Origin: Brevundimonas sp. | GTDB taxonomy: Bacteria > Pseudomonadota > Alphaproteobacteria > Caulobacterales > Caulobacteraceae | Direction of reading: 5' to 3' | DNA: 64,000 nucleotides | Assembly: GCA_034676465.1 (NCBI GenBank) | Contig: JAUCCG010000069.1 | Span: 1,283 to 65,282, forward strand | Shown: positions 36,187-48,024 of the stretch, one piece after another | Layout of the letters: every line of letters starts with the position of its first letter | Numbering within the stretch: the first letter of the stretch is position 1 | Made by a program: the position numbers and the translations under genes | The notes under the pieces: model-generated | Told to the model about the DNA's origin: nothing | Database searches by the model: none | Seen by the model: the letters and a program-made list of their open reading frames with translations, nothing else

Positions 36187-36445
36187 GCGCCGGCAGGCCG
36201 TCTTCGTCATAGAGAAAGTCCTGGCTGCGGGCGGCGCAGGTTTCGTCGAAGACTACCCCTTGCAAGGCGGCGTGAGCCGCATCGATTGCACGGGCGCGCG
36301 CCTCGGCAAGGTCGTTCGGTGGAATCGGCTAAATTCGGGCGATGGGCGACCCTTCATATTCCAGCACGACCTCTTCCCCACCTTCGGCCTTGCGGACGGG
36401 GTGGTGGAGTCTGGCCTTAGCCTCGGAAATGGACGTGACGCTCAT
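36187..36445 (-). pseudogene. Phd/YefM-type antitoxin, disrupted
   Basis: MSVTSISEAKARL..AEGGEEVVL..PIARI then in-frame TAG (36331-36329); C-terminal SQDFLYDEDGLP. Confidence 0.75.
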
Positions 36446-36499
36446 GGCGACCTGTTCCTCTCCCAGACAGAATAGTTTCAACAGACGCTTGTCACAAGG

Positions 36500-36980
36500 C
36501 TACGCGACCACCTGCATCCCCAGCCATTCCGCCACCAGGGCCGGTTTGTCGCTGCCGTCGATCTCGACCGTGACCTCGTGCTTCAGCAGCCAGCGACCGC
36601 CGCCCTTGTCCTCGGCGGACAGCAGCCTGAACCGGCCCCGCACCTGCGACCCCGCCGGGACCGGGGCGAGGAAGCGGAGTTTGTCGAAGCCGTAGTTGAT
36701 GCCCATGGCCACACCCTGCGGCGGCACCGCGTCAAAGGTCATGGCCGACAGCAGGCTGAGGGTAGAAGGAAGCCGTGGGCGATGGTGCCGCCGAACGGGG
36801 TCAGCGCCGCCGCGACCGGTGCGATATCGATGGCCAATTGCCGGTCCTCGGTGATGTCGGCGAAGGCGTCGATGCGGGACTGGTCGACCGTGATCCAGCG
36901 GCTGACCCGACCTCGGTCCCGACCAGGCCGGCGAGGGCGGCGGGCGGCATGGGCGCGCCCTTGCGTTCGGTGCGGCTCAT
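36500..36980 (-). CDS. MaoC-family dehydratase (frameshifted)
   Basis: WITVDQSRIDAFAD; FGGTIAHGFL; NYGFDKLRFLAPV. Confidence 0.85.
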
Positions 36981-37986
36981 GATGCGATCCCCAGGGTTTC
37001 CGGTGTGTAGCGGTCTTCGATGATGGCGCTGAACAGGGCGGGATCGACATTGCCGCCCGACAGGATGATGGCCGTGGTCCGGTCCCTGGCCGGCAGCTTG
37101 CCGGCCAGCAGCGCCGCCAGCGACACCGCCCCGCCCGGCTCGACCACCAGTTTCAGCACCCGGAAGGCATACGCCACCGCCGCCGCCACCTCGGCGTCAC
37201 TGACCGTCAGCACGTCGGTCATCCGGCGATTGATCGGAAAGGTCAGCACCCCCGGCTGCGGCGACATCAGGGCGTCACAATCGACGGCCGGGTCACCGGC
37301 GGGTGGCCACGCCGCTCGCCCGCGATCAGGGACAACCGGGTGTCGTCATAGGCCAGCGGCTCGACCCCGAAGACCTCGGTGTGCGACGACGTGGCCGCCA
37401 GCGTCAGGTTGATCCCCGCCATCAGCCCGCCACCCGACATCCCGCACAGCAGCTGGTCGATCGGCACCACCCCGACGGCCTTGGCCTGGTCCAGCAGCTC
37501 CAGCGCCACCGTGCCCTGACCCTCGATGATCAAAGGGTCGTTGAACGGCGGCACCAGCACACTTCCGTGTTCGGCGGCGATGGCCTCGCCGATGGCCTCG
37601 CGGCTCTCGGTATAGCGGTCATAGGTCCGCACCTCGCCGCCGTGGGCGAGCACGCCGTCGAGCTTCACCTGCGGGCTGTCGGCGGGCATGACGATGATGG
37701 CATGGGTGCCCATCATCCGCGCCGCCGCCGCCACCGCCTGACCATGGTTGCCGGACGAAAAGGCGACGACGCCGTGCTTCCGCTCGTCGTCGGTCAGCCG
37801 GCTGATGCGATTATAGGCCCCGCGGAATTTGAAGGCCCCGGTGACTTGCAGGGTCTCGGCCTTGATCAGCACCCGCCCGCCCAGCCGGGCATTCAGCGCC
37901 GCGCTCTCGATCAGCGGCGTGCGCACCGCGACGCGGGCGATCTGGCGGGCGGCGTCCTGAACGCCGGCAAAGGAGGCGATACGCAT
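36977..37986 (-). CDS. Threonine/serine dehydratase (frameshift near 37285)
   Basis: LQVTGAFKFRGA; SSGNHG; SGGGL; VVEPGGA; LSGGNVD. Confidence 0.9.
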
Positions 37987-38053
37987 CCGGCCACTTAACC
38001 CGAGACGCCGGCTCTGCGTAAGATGGAATGCAGAACCACCGCGAAGGGAATTC

Positions 38054-39543
<1,490 letters not shown>

Positions 39544-39547
<4 letters not shown>

Positions 39548-40623
39548 CCGACACCGACCTGAACGACCCCCAGACCGCCTTTTCGGGCACCCGCGCGGTC
39601 GATCCGCGCCACGCGCTCGACGAGGCCGCGCTCGGGGCCTGGCTGACCCGGAACATCGACGGCTATGCCGGGCCCCTGACCATCCGCCAGTTCAAGGGCG
39701 GCCAGTCCAACCCGACCTATGAGCTGGCCACCCCCTCGGCCACCTATGTGCTGCGGCGCAAGCCGCCCGGTGTGCTGCTGCAGTCGGCCCATGCGGTCGA
39801 TCGTGAGTTCACCGTCATCTCGGCCCTGCACAAACACGGCTATCCGGTGGCCCGGCCGCATGCGCTGTGCACCGACGACGCGGTGATCGGCTCGATGTTC
39901 TATGTGATGGACAAGGTCGAGGGTCGCGTGTTCTGGGACCTGAAACTGCCGGGTCTGCAGCCAGCCGAGCGCCGCGCCATCTACGAGGCCCAGACCGACA
40001 CCCTGGCCGCCCTGCACCGCTTCGACCCCGCCGCCATCAGCCTGGGCAACTACGGCAGGCCGGGCAACTATTTCATGCGTCAGGTCGGGCGCTGGACCAA
40101 ACAGTACCGGGCCTCCGAGACCGATCCGGTTCCGGCCATGGACCGGCTGATCGCCTTCCTGCCCGAAAGCCTGCCCGCTGACGGCCCGACCCGCATCGTC
40201 CACGGCGACTTCCGGCTCGACAACCTGATCCTGGGTGCGAAGAAGCCCGAGGTCCGGGCCGTGCTGGACTGGGAGCTGTCGACCCTGGGCGATCCGATGG
40301 CCGACTTCTCCTATCTGCTGATCGGCTGGGTCATCCCCGCCACCCTGCGCAACGGTCTGGGCGGGGCCGATCTGGCAGCCCTGGGCATCCCCTCGATCGA
40401 GGAGACGGTCGACCGCTATGCCGCCGCCGCCGGGGTGGCCGGTCCGAAGAACCTGGACTGGCTGTTCGCCTATAATCTGTTCCGGCTGGCGGCCATCTGC
40501 CAGGGCATCGCCGGACGGGTGCGCGACGGCACCGCCGCCAGCAGTCATGCCCGCGCCACAGCCGCCCAGGTCCAGCCTCTGGCCGATGCGGCCTGGGGGT
40601 TTGCGAAGAAGGCCGGCGCCTGA
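39544..40623 (+). CDS. APH-like phosphotransferase (ACAD10/11-like)
   Basis: QFKGGQSNPTY; HGDFRLDN; LDWELSTLGDP. Confidence 0.9.
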
Positions 40624-40642
40624 GCCCGCCCGGTCGACGCTA

Positions 40643-41684
40643 GAGCATGACCTCTTTTGACGGAATTGGGATTCCCAAATCGGTAGCGATCTGATTTATC
40701 ATTCGTGCTGGATGGAGGCCAGCATGTATGACAGCTCCCTATTCGGTTGATCTTCGATCGCGTGCCTTGGCGCGCAAGGCGGCCGGCGAGACGCACCGGG
40801 AAATCGCGGCAGCTCTTCGGATCAGTCCGTCGTGTCTGTCGAAATGGGCGCGTCATGAACGCGAGACCGGGTCTCTGGAACCGGCCCGGATCGGCGGCTG
40901 CAAGCCCCGAACGCTTTCGGGCGAGGTGGCCGCGTGGCTGCGAGAGCGGATCGCCTCGGGCCCGATCACGCTGCGGGGGCTGACGGCCGAGTTGGCCGAG
41001 CGGGGGATCAAGACCCAGCCCCGCGCGGTGTGGGTGTTCCTGCATGCCGAGGGTTTCAGCTTCAAAAAAAACCCTGCTGCCCGAGGAGCAGACGCGGCCT
41101 GACGTGGCGCGTAAACGCACGCGCTGGAAGGCGTATCAGGGCCGGATCGACCCGTCCCGGTTGGTGTTTCTGGACGAGACCTGGGTCAAGACCAACATGG
41201 CCCCACTCCGAGGATGGGGTCCGCGCGGTCGTCGGCTGAAGGCCCACGCCCCCTTCGGCCACTGGAAGACCCAGACCTTCATCGCCGCCCTGCGTCACGA
41301 CCGCATCGACGCGCCCTGGGTGATCGACGGGCCGATCAACGGCGAGCTGTTCCGGGTCTATGTCGAGGAAGTTCTGGCCCCAACCCTGAAGCCCGGCGAC
41401 GTCGTCGTGCTCGACAATCTGGGCAGCCACAAGGGCAAGGCCGCGCGCGCCGCCGTCCGGGCCAGGGGAGCCCATCTGATCTTTCTGCCGCCCTACAGCC
41501 CGGACCTGAACCCGATCGAACAGGTCTTCGCCAAGCTCAAACACCTGATGCGAAAGGCCCAGCCCCGAGACGTCGAGGCCACATGGCGAAAGGTCGGTCA
41601 GCTCCTTGAGCTCTTCACACCCAACGAATGTGCCAGTTACCTCGTCAACTCTGGATATGGTTCCGTATGAACGAATCCCCGCTC
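40643..41684 (+). mobile_element. IS630-family insertion sequence
   Basis: TA|GAGC...GCTC|TA ends (TA duplication at 40641 and 41685); two-ORF transposase. Confidence 0.92.
40728..41670 (+). CDS. IS630 transposase in two ORFs joined at an A8 run (41064-41071)
   Basis: YSVDLR HTH; FLDET, LDNLGSH, LPPYSPDLNPIE (DDE). Confidence 0.92.
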
Positions 41685-42439
41685 TAGCGCTGCGCCGCCG
41701 TCAGGATGCGATGGTCGGCGCGCGCCTGCAGCAGGACCACCACCTCATCGCCGTCGTCCAGCCTGGGTGGCAGGGCGAACAGGGTCGACCGACCGGTCCA
41801 GGTGCCCAGACGGGTCACGTCGCGCACGACATTGAGCTGACGCACGGTCTTGCCGCGGTTGTCGCCGCGATCGATCTGAACGCTCTGCAGGCCCGGCGTG
41901 TAGGTCACGGCCACGACCTCGGCTCCGCCTTCGGGTGGACGGCCCGAGCCGATCCCGACCCGGTCGCCGGCGGCCCGGAATTCGATCTCGGGCGGGAACT
42001 CCCGGCGTGACGATTCCTCGTCAATGGCGATCTGCAGCTCCGGAGACCGGGCCCCGGACACCTGACGATAGCCGTCGATCACCACCTGGGGCGTCGACAC
42101 CGACCGCAACCGCAGGGCTTGGCGATAGGCGTGCTGGCGCGCGGCGAACTCCGGCCGCGCGAAGGTGTCGGGCCAGCCCAGATAGTCCCAGTAGTCGACG
42201 CCATAGGTCAGCACGATCACACCCGGCGTGTCGGCCACGGCCTCGACCATGCGGTCGGCCTCGGAACAGCCGGCGCAGCCCTGGGCGGTGAACAGTTCCA
42301 GTACCACCGGCGCGGTCCGGATCGTCCGCGACACCGACCGGGCGTCGCCCGGCTGGGGATCGGGCGGCAGGGTCGCCCCCGCCGCCATCAGCCCGGCGAC
42401 CGTTGTCGCCACACCAAAGATAAAGCCCCTCAGGTTCAT
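41684..42439 (-). CDS. DUF1223 thioredoxin-like exported protein
   Basis: VLELFTAQGCAGC; VDYWDYLGWPDTF; TPQVVIDG. Confidence 0.88.
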   Translation of the reverse strand: MNLRGFIFGVATTVAGLMAAGATLPPDPQPGDARSVSRTIRTAPVVLELFTAQGCAGCSEADRMVEAVADTPGVIVLTYGVDYWDYLGWPDTFARPEFAARQHAYRQALRLRSVSTPQVVIDGYRQVSGARSPELQIAIDEESSRREFPPEIEFRAAGDRVGIGSGRPPEGGAEVVAVTYTPGLQSVQIDRGDNRGKTVRQLNVVRDVTRLGTWTGRSTLFALPPRLDDGDEVVVLLQARADHRILTAAQR

Positions 42440-42498
42440 GGCGGACAGCTTAACCACTGCTGGCGCAATCCTGCCGCTCATTTTCCCGTGAGTGAGCG

Positions 42499-44712
42499 TC
42501 AGTCCATCAACTGCTGGGCCAGATAGACATAGTGACGGGCCCAGCGCCGGGCATTGGCCACCGGATCGGCGTCGTTGGAGTGGCCGCCGGCCGTGTCCTC
42601 GAAATACAGGTGGTCGTGGCCCTGATCGCCCAGGCGCGCGGCGAATTTCCGCGCATGGCCGGGATGAACCCGGTCGTCCCGGGTGTTGGTGGTGATGTAG
42701 ACGCGCGGATAGTCCATCTCCGGACGAAGCTGCTGATAGGCCGAATAGCGGGCGATCCAGGCGGCTTCTTCCGGGATGCGTGGGTCGCCGTATTCGCCGA
42801 TCCACGAGGCCCCGGCCGGCAGCTCGTGATAGCGCAGCATGTCGACCAGCGGGCTCTCGATCACCGCCGCATTGATCAGCTCCGGATGCTGGGTGACCAT
42901 GACCGAGGTCAGGACGCCCCCGTTCGAGCGCCCGTAGATGCCCAGACGGCGCGGCGAGGTGATGCCGCGCGCCTCCAGATCACGCGCCACGGCGGCGAAA
43001 TCGTCAAAGGCCAGCTGACGATTCTCGTTCAGCGCCGCCTGGTGCCAGTCGGGCCCGAACTCGCCGCCGCCACGGATGTTGGCGTTGACATAGACGCCCC
43101 CGTTCTCGAGCCACAGCTTGCCCATTTCCGGGATATAGGCCGGCGGCTTGGACACCTGGAAACCGCCGTAGCCGTACATGATCGTCGGCGCGTGACCGTC
43201 CATGACCAGATCGCGCGGACGCACGACGAAATAGGGGATCTTCGTGCCGTCGGACGAGGTCGCCTCGAACTGCTCGACCACGTCACGCGAGGCATCGAAG
43301 CGGGCCGGGGCCGAGGCGATCTGTTCGCTGCGGCCGGCGGTGCCGACGCGCATGTCCAGCAGGTTCAGGGTGGGCGGCGTCAGGAAGCCTTCGAAACTGT
43401 AGAATTGACGATCCGTCGCCCGGCTGGAATCGCCCAGATGCACCGCGACATTGTCCGGCACCTCCAGGTCGGCCTTCAGCCAGCCCCGTCCGCGGGTGTC
43501 GAGAAAGCGCATCATCCGTCCACGGACGTTGTCATAGACGGTGGCGACGACGCGGTTGTCGAACACCGCCACCTCCTCGACCGACTGGCGATCGCCGGGC
43601 ACGAAGATGGCGTCGGCACGGCCCTGTCCGTCGCGCAGACCCGCCAGCGGCGCGGACATCAGGCTGCCGGCGCTGAAGGTTTCGCCGGCCTGGGTCCAGG
43701 CCTGGTCGACGCTGAAGATCAGCTGATCACGGATCGCGCCCTGGACATTGACCTTGGCCGGCAGGCTCAGCTTGACGGCGCGGCCGTCCAGCCACTGAAC
43801 GGTCTCGCTGCTGAAGGTGTCGAGCGGCCGGTTGAACAGCACCGCCAGCACCGCGCCCCGGCCGTCGCGCAGAACGCTGGCGCTGACGCCGTAGCCGCCG
43901 TCACCCTGTTCACCGCGATAGGCCTCGGTCGCCTGACCCAGGCTCTGGCCGCGCGTCAGCGTCTTGATGATGAAGGGATAGCCGCTCTCGGTCAGGGTGC
44001 CGGGCCCGAAGTCGGTGGCCACCAGCAGGGTGTTCGGGTCCAGCCAGCTGATGCGGTGCTTGCCCTCGGTCAGGGTGAAGCCGCCATCCACGAACCGTTT
44101 GGTGGTCAGGTCGAACTCGCGCACCACCACGGCGTCCTTGCCGCCGTCGGACAGGTTGACCAGGCAGCGGGTCTCGTCGGGCGCGAGGCAGTTGGCCCCC
44201 TTGAACACCCAGTCCCTGCCCTCGGCCGCCGACAGCGCCCCGATGTCCAGCAGCACCTCCCATTGCGGGTCGGCCGAGCGATACGACTCCAGCGTCGTGC
44301 GCCGCCAAACCCCCTTGGGATTGGCCGCGTCCTGCCAGAAGTTGCCAATGCCGTCGCCGAGGAAGGACGGCGACGGAATTCGGTCGGTCGCCGACAGGAT
44401 GGCGAAGGCCTCCTGACGCCAGGTCTCATAGCGCGGATCCCCGGTCAGGGCGGCCAGCGCGGCCGCGTTCTCACGCGCGACGAAGGCCATGGCCGCGTCA
44501 CCGTCGACCTGTTCCAGCGCCAGATGATCGTCGGCCGCGGCCACCCCGGCCGGGCTGAGGTCGGCGGGGAAATGCGGCGGCGGCAGGGTTACGACCAAAG
44601 ACGCATTGTCCGGTCCCATACAGTCGAAACAGGCGACGTCCTGCGCTCCAGCGGTTGTACAGGCTCCCAGCAGCAGGGCCGGGATGGCGGCGGTCAGGAT
44701 CAGTCGGTTCAT
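42499..44712 (-). CDS. Prolyl oligopeptidase (S9A), lipoprotein
   Basis: LLGAC lipobox; GRSNGG; DDRVHPGH; GGH. Confidence 0.93.
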   Translation of the reverse strand: MNRLILTAAIPALLLGACTTAGAQDVACFDCMGPDNASLVVTLPPPHFPADLSPAGVAAADDHLALEQVDGDAAMAFVARENAAALAALTGDPRYETWRQEAFAILSATDRIPSPSFLGDGIGNFWQDAANPKGVWRRTTLESYRSADPQWEVLLDIGALSAAEGRDWVFKGANCLAPDETRCLVNLSDGGKDAVVVREFDLTTKRFVDGGFTLTEGKHRISWLDPNTLLVATDFGPGTLTESGYPFIIKTLTRGQSLGQATEAYRGEQGDGGYGVSASVLRDGRGAVLAVLFNRPLDTFSSETVQWLDGRAVKLSLPAKVNVQGAIRDQLIFSVDQAWTQAGETFSAGSLMSAPLAGLRDGQGRADAIFVPGDRQSVEEVAVFDNRVVATVYDNVRGRMMRFLDTRGRGWLKADLEVPDNVAVHLGDSSRATDRQFYSFEGFLTPPTLNLLDMRVGTAGRSEQIASAPARFDASRDVVEQFEATSSDGTKIPYFVVRPRDLVMDGHAPTIMYGYGGFQVSKPPAYIPEMGKLWLENGGVYVNANIRGGGEFGPDWHQAALNENRQLAFDDFAAVARDLEARGITSPRRLGIYGRSNGGVLTSVMVTQHPELINAAVIESPLVDMLRYHELPAGASWIGEYGDPRIPEEAAWIARYSAYQQLRPEMDYPRVYITTNTRDDRVHPGHARKFAARLGDQGHDHLYFEDTAGGHSNDADPVANARRWARHYVYLAQQLMD

Positions 44713-44723
44713 CGCAATTACTT

Positions 44724-44855
44724 TCCGCTCATCCCCGCGCAGGCGGGGATCCAGGTCTGGGGGCGATCGGCGCCGCCGGTGTCGTCGTCCGCTGATCCCA
44801 GCCGCCGATGCTTCAACGAAAGCACTGGGTCCCCGCCTGCGCGGGGATGAGCGGA
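44724..44855. repeat. CIR-type palindromic intergenic repeat
   Basis: TCCGCTCATCCCCGCGCAGGCGGGGATCCAG ... CTGGGTCCCCGCCTGCGCGGGGATGAGCGGA. Confidence 0.88.
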
Positions 44856-44865
44856 GTGTGATGCC

Positions 44866-47046
44866 CTATTGCTGCGTCGGCGCATCCATCAGCCGCCGCG
44901 TCAGATAGGTATATTCCAGCGCGATCCGCCGGGCCGTCTCGCGCAGATTGGCGCCGGCCGCGTGGCCGCCGTCGGTGTTCTCGTAGAACAGCACCGGATA
45001 GCCCAGCGCTTCAAGCCGCGCCGCCGCCTTGCGGGCGTGGCCGGGGTGGACGCGGTCATCCTTGGTCGAGGTATGGATGAACACCTCGGGATAGGGCTGT
45101 CCGGCGCGCAGGTTCTGATAGGGCGAATAGGCCTGGATCCAGGCCCGTTCCTCGGGGATATCGGGATTGCCGTATTCCGCCATCCAGCTGGCCCCGGCCA
45201 GCAGCTTGTGGAACCGCAGCATGTCGAACAGCGGCACCTGGATGACGGCGGCGTTGATCAGGTCCGGACGCTGGGTCAGCAGCGCACCCATGAACAGCCC
45301 GCCCTGCGAGCCCCCCATGATGCCCAGCCGCGGCTGGCTGGTGATGTTGCGCGCGATCAGGTCCAGCGCCACGGCCTGATAGTCCTCATGGGCGCGCTGG
45401 CGGTTTTCCTGCAGGGCCGCATCGTGCCAGTTGGGACCGAATTCGCCGCCGCCGCGGGTATTGGCCACGACATAGACGCCGCCGCGCTCCAGCCACAGCT
45501 TGCCGACCGTGGCTGAATAACCGGGCAACAGGGAGTTCTGGAAGCCGCCGTAGCCGTACAACAGGGTCGGGTTCGAGCCGTCGGCGGCCATGGCATCGCG
45601 ATGGACGACGAAATAGGGGATCATGGTCCCGTCAGCCGAGCGCGCCTCGAACTGGTCGACGGTCATGCCGTCAGCGTCGAATTTGGCCGGCAGGGACTTG
45701 ACCTGATCGACCGCGCCCGTGGCCGCATCGGCCAGCCACAGGCTGGACGGGTTCAGATAGCCGGCGACGCTGACGAACACCTGGTCGTCCCGCTCCGAGG
45801 CCGAACCGACCCCGACGGTGACGTTCTGCGGCAGGTTCAGCCGGGTCCGGGCCCAGTCGCCGTCGGCGTCGGGTTCATAGACATAGACGCCGCCACGGAC
45901 GTTCTCGAACAGGGCCACCACCAGCCGGTTGCGGGTGGCGTTGATACCCTCGACGGCCTCGCGCGGACCCGGGCGGATGATCAGCCGCGCCGGGGTCGCC
46001 GGATCGGCCAGCCAGGCATCCAGCGGCCAGGCGATCACGTCACCGGTGCGGAATTCCTGGCCCGAGGGGGCGGTCCAGTCCTGTTTGGTGGTCACCACCA
46101 GCTGCCCCTGGACCAGGGCCTCGATGTCCGACTTGGCCGGCAGCTGCAGCCGGGTTGTGGTGCCGTCCGCGTTCAGCCGCCAGGTCTGGCTCTCATAGAA
46201 GCTGACGCCCCGGTTGATCAGGGTCGCCTGGATCACGCCGTCGGCATCTCGCAGCGTATAGGCGCTGACCGAGACATCGGTGGGCTGTCCGGTGAACAGG
46301 GTCTCGGCCTGATCCAGCGTCTGGCCCCGCCGCAGGCGTTTGACGATCATCGGATAGCCCGAACTGGTCAGGCTGCCGGGACCGAAGTCGCGCGACACCA
46401 GCACGGTGTCCTCGTCGATCCACGACGCCCCGCCCTTGGATTCGGGCAGGACGAAACCGTCGGCGACGAAGGTCCGCGTCGTGCGGTCGAACTCCCGCAC
46501 CGTGACCGCGTCCTTGCCCCCGTCGGACAGCGAGACCAGGCAGCGGGCCTCTTCCGGCGGCAGGCAGGTGGCCCCCTTGTAGACCCAGTTCTTGCCCTCG
46601 GCGGCGGACAGGGCGTCAAAATCGAGAATGGTCTCCCACACCGGGTCGGCGCTGCGATAGCTGTCCAGGGTCGTCGTGCGCCAGATGCCCCGGACATGAC
46701 TGTCGTCCTGCCAGAAATTGTCGATCGTGCCGTCGTGGTTGAAACCGGGGTTGGGGATGCGATCGCGCGACTGGACGATTTCCAGCGCCTGCTGATGCAG
46801 GGGCTCATAGCGCGGGTCGCCCTGCAGCACGCCCAGCGAGCGGGTATTGTGTTCGTTGACCCAGGCCATGGCCCGGTCGCCGTCGATCTCTTCCAGCCAC
46901 AGATAGGGATCGGTGGCGTCCGAGGTGGCGAAGGCCCCCTCGGCCAGCGGTGGATTGGGCGGAGCGGTCGGAGATTGGGCCATGACACCTGTCGCGAGCG
47001 CGGTTGAAGCCAGAAGGATGGCGAGCGTGGCGGCGGGACGGTTCAT
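44866..47046 (-). CDS. Prolyl oligopeptidase (S9A), exported
   Basis: Signal peptide; GGSQGG; DDRVHPGH; GGH. Confidence 0.93.
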   Translation of the reverse strand: MNRPAATLAILLASTALATGVMAQSPTAPPNPPLAEGAFATSDATDPYLWLEEIDGDRAMAWVNEHNTRSLGVLQGDPRYEPLHQQALEIVQSRDRIPNPGFNHDGTIDNFWQDDSHVRGIWRTTTLDSYRSADPVWETILDFDALSAAEGKNWVYKGATCLPPEEARCLVSLSDGGKDAVTVREFDRTTRTFVADGFVLPESKGGASWIDEDTVLVSRDFGPGSLTSSGYPMIVKRLRRGQTLDQAETLFTGQPTDVSVSAYTLRDADGVIQATLINRGVSFYESQTWRLNADGTTTRLQLPAKSDIEALVQGQLVVTTKQDWTAPSGQEFRTGDVIAWPLDAWLADPATPARLIIRPGPREAVEGINATRNRLVVALFENVRGGVYVYEPDADGDWARTRLNLPQNVTVGVGSASERDDQVFVSVAGYLNPSSLWLADAATGAVDQVKSLPAKFDADGMTVDQFEARSADGTMIPYFVVHRDAMAADGSNPTLLYGYGGFQNSLLPGYSATVGKLWLERGGVYVVANTRGGGEFGPNWHDAALQENRQRAHEDYQAVALDLIARNITSQPRLGIMGGSQGGLFMGALLTQRPDLINAAVIQVPLFDMLRFHKLLAGASWMAEYGNPDIPEERAWIQAYSPYQNLRAGQPYPEVFIHTSTKDDRVHPGHARKAAARLEALGYPVLFYENTDGGHAAGANLRETARRIALEYTYLTRRLMDAPTQQ

Positions 47047-47141
47047 GCTGGCGGTTCCGGAATTGGGGGATCCGCACCTTAACCGCCGGCCGCGGACGGA
47101 CAAGGCCGGGTGCCCCACCCTTACGGTTTTGTCATCGGCCG

Positions 47142-47942
47142 TCAGCGGCCGGGGTCGGGAATGCACAGGGGCTCGCCACAGGCCTTGCAGTGGACGGCGT
47201 CGAGGTCATGACGCTGCAGGCCGCAGGTCGGGCAGGGAAACACGACCTTGTGCGGCATCAGCAGGGTCTGCCCCAGCCGCACGAACAGGGTCACCCCGAC
47301 CAGCATGATGATGATCGAGACGATCCGCCCCCAGTTGCCGGGCAGCACCATGTCGCCATAGCCGGTGGTGGTCAGGCTGGTGACGGTGAAATACAGGGCG
47401 TCGATATAGCCGGTGATGCCTTCGTAGCGGCCCATGAAGCTGGTGTAGACGAAACCGGTGGCCACGAAGACGAAGGTGACCAGGGCCACGATCGCCTTGG
47501 TCGTGTCCTCCACCCGGGTCTGGTCATAACGACGGCCGATGGTGCGCCAGAAGAACTCCGAATTGATCAGGGTCCACATTCGCAGCACCCGCAGGAAGCC
47601 GAGATTGAACAGCCAGGCCGGAAACAGCAGGGTGGCAAGGATGAACAGGTCGACCCAGATCATCGGCTGCTTCAGCCAGTCCTTGACGTTCGTATAGGCC
47701 CAGGCCCGCGCCGCCAGGTCCAGCGCCAGCACCGCGGCGATCACATAGTCGATCACATAGAAGATCGTCGCCTCGCTCTTCAGCAGCGGAGCCGCCACGA
47801 AGAAGCCGATAATCAGGACATCGATGCCGAGCACGGCGAGACGGAACCGGACCGCCATCGGCGATGAGCCGTGATACAGGGCCCGGATCCGCGCGCGCAG
47901 GCGCAGACCTTCGGGCTTTTCGACATCGTCAGAGCGGCTCAT
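47142..47942 (-). CDS. Potassium channel family protein with C-terminal Zn ribbon
   Basis: FLRVLR; TTTGYGD filter; CPTC...CKAC. Confidence 0.88.
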   Translation of the reverse strand: MSRSDDVEKPEGLRLRARIRALYHGSSPMAVRFRLAVLGIDVLIIGFFVAAPLLKSEATIFYVIDYVIAAVLALDLAARAWAYTNVKDWLKQPMIWVDLFILATLLFPAWLFNLGFLRVLRMWTLINSEFFWRTIGRRYDQTRVEDTTKAIVALVTFVFVATGFVYTSFMGRYEGITGYIDALYFTVTSLTTTGYGDMVLPGNWGRIVSIIIMLVGVTLFVRLGQTLLMPHKVVFPCPTCGLQRHDLDAVHCKACGEPLCIPDPGR

Positions 47943-48024
47943 GCGCCAGCGATACCCCGCTTCGCCGTCGCCGGAAACAGCCCCCTTCGCCATGGGCCGT
48001 TCCGGGTCTATAGGCTCGGGGTCC

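Noticed and set aside
35404-36420. 338-aa ORF as a single protein
   Set aside because: A frameshift runs a small membrane gene into the antisense strand of vapC/phd.
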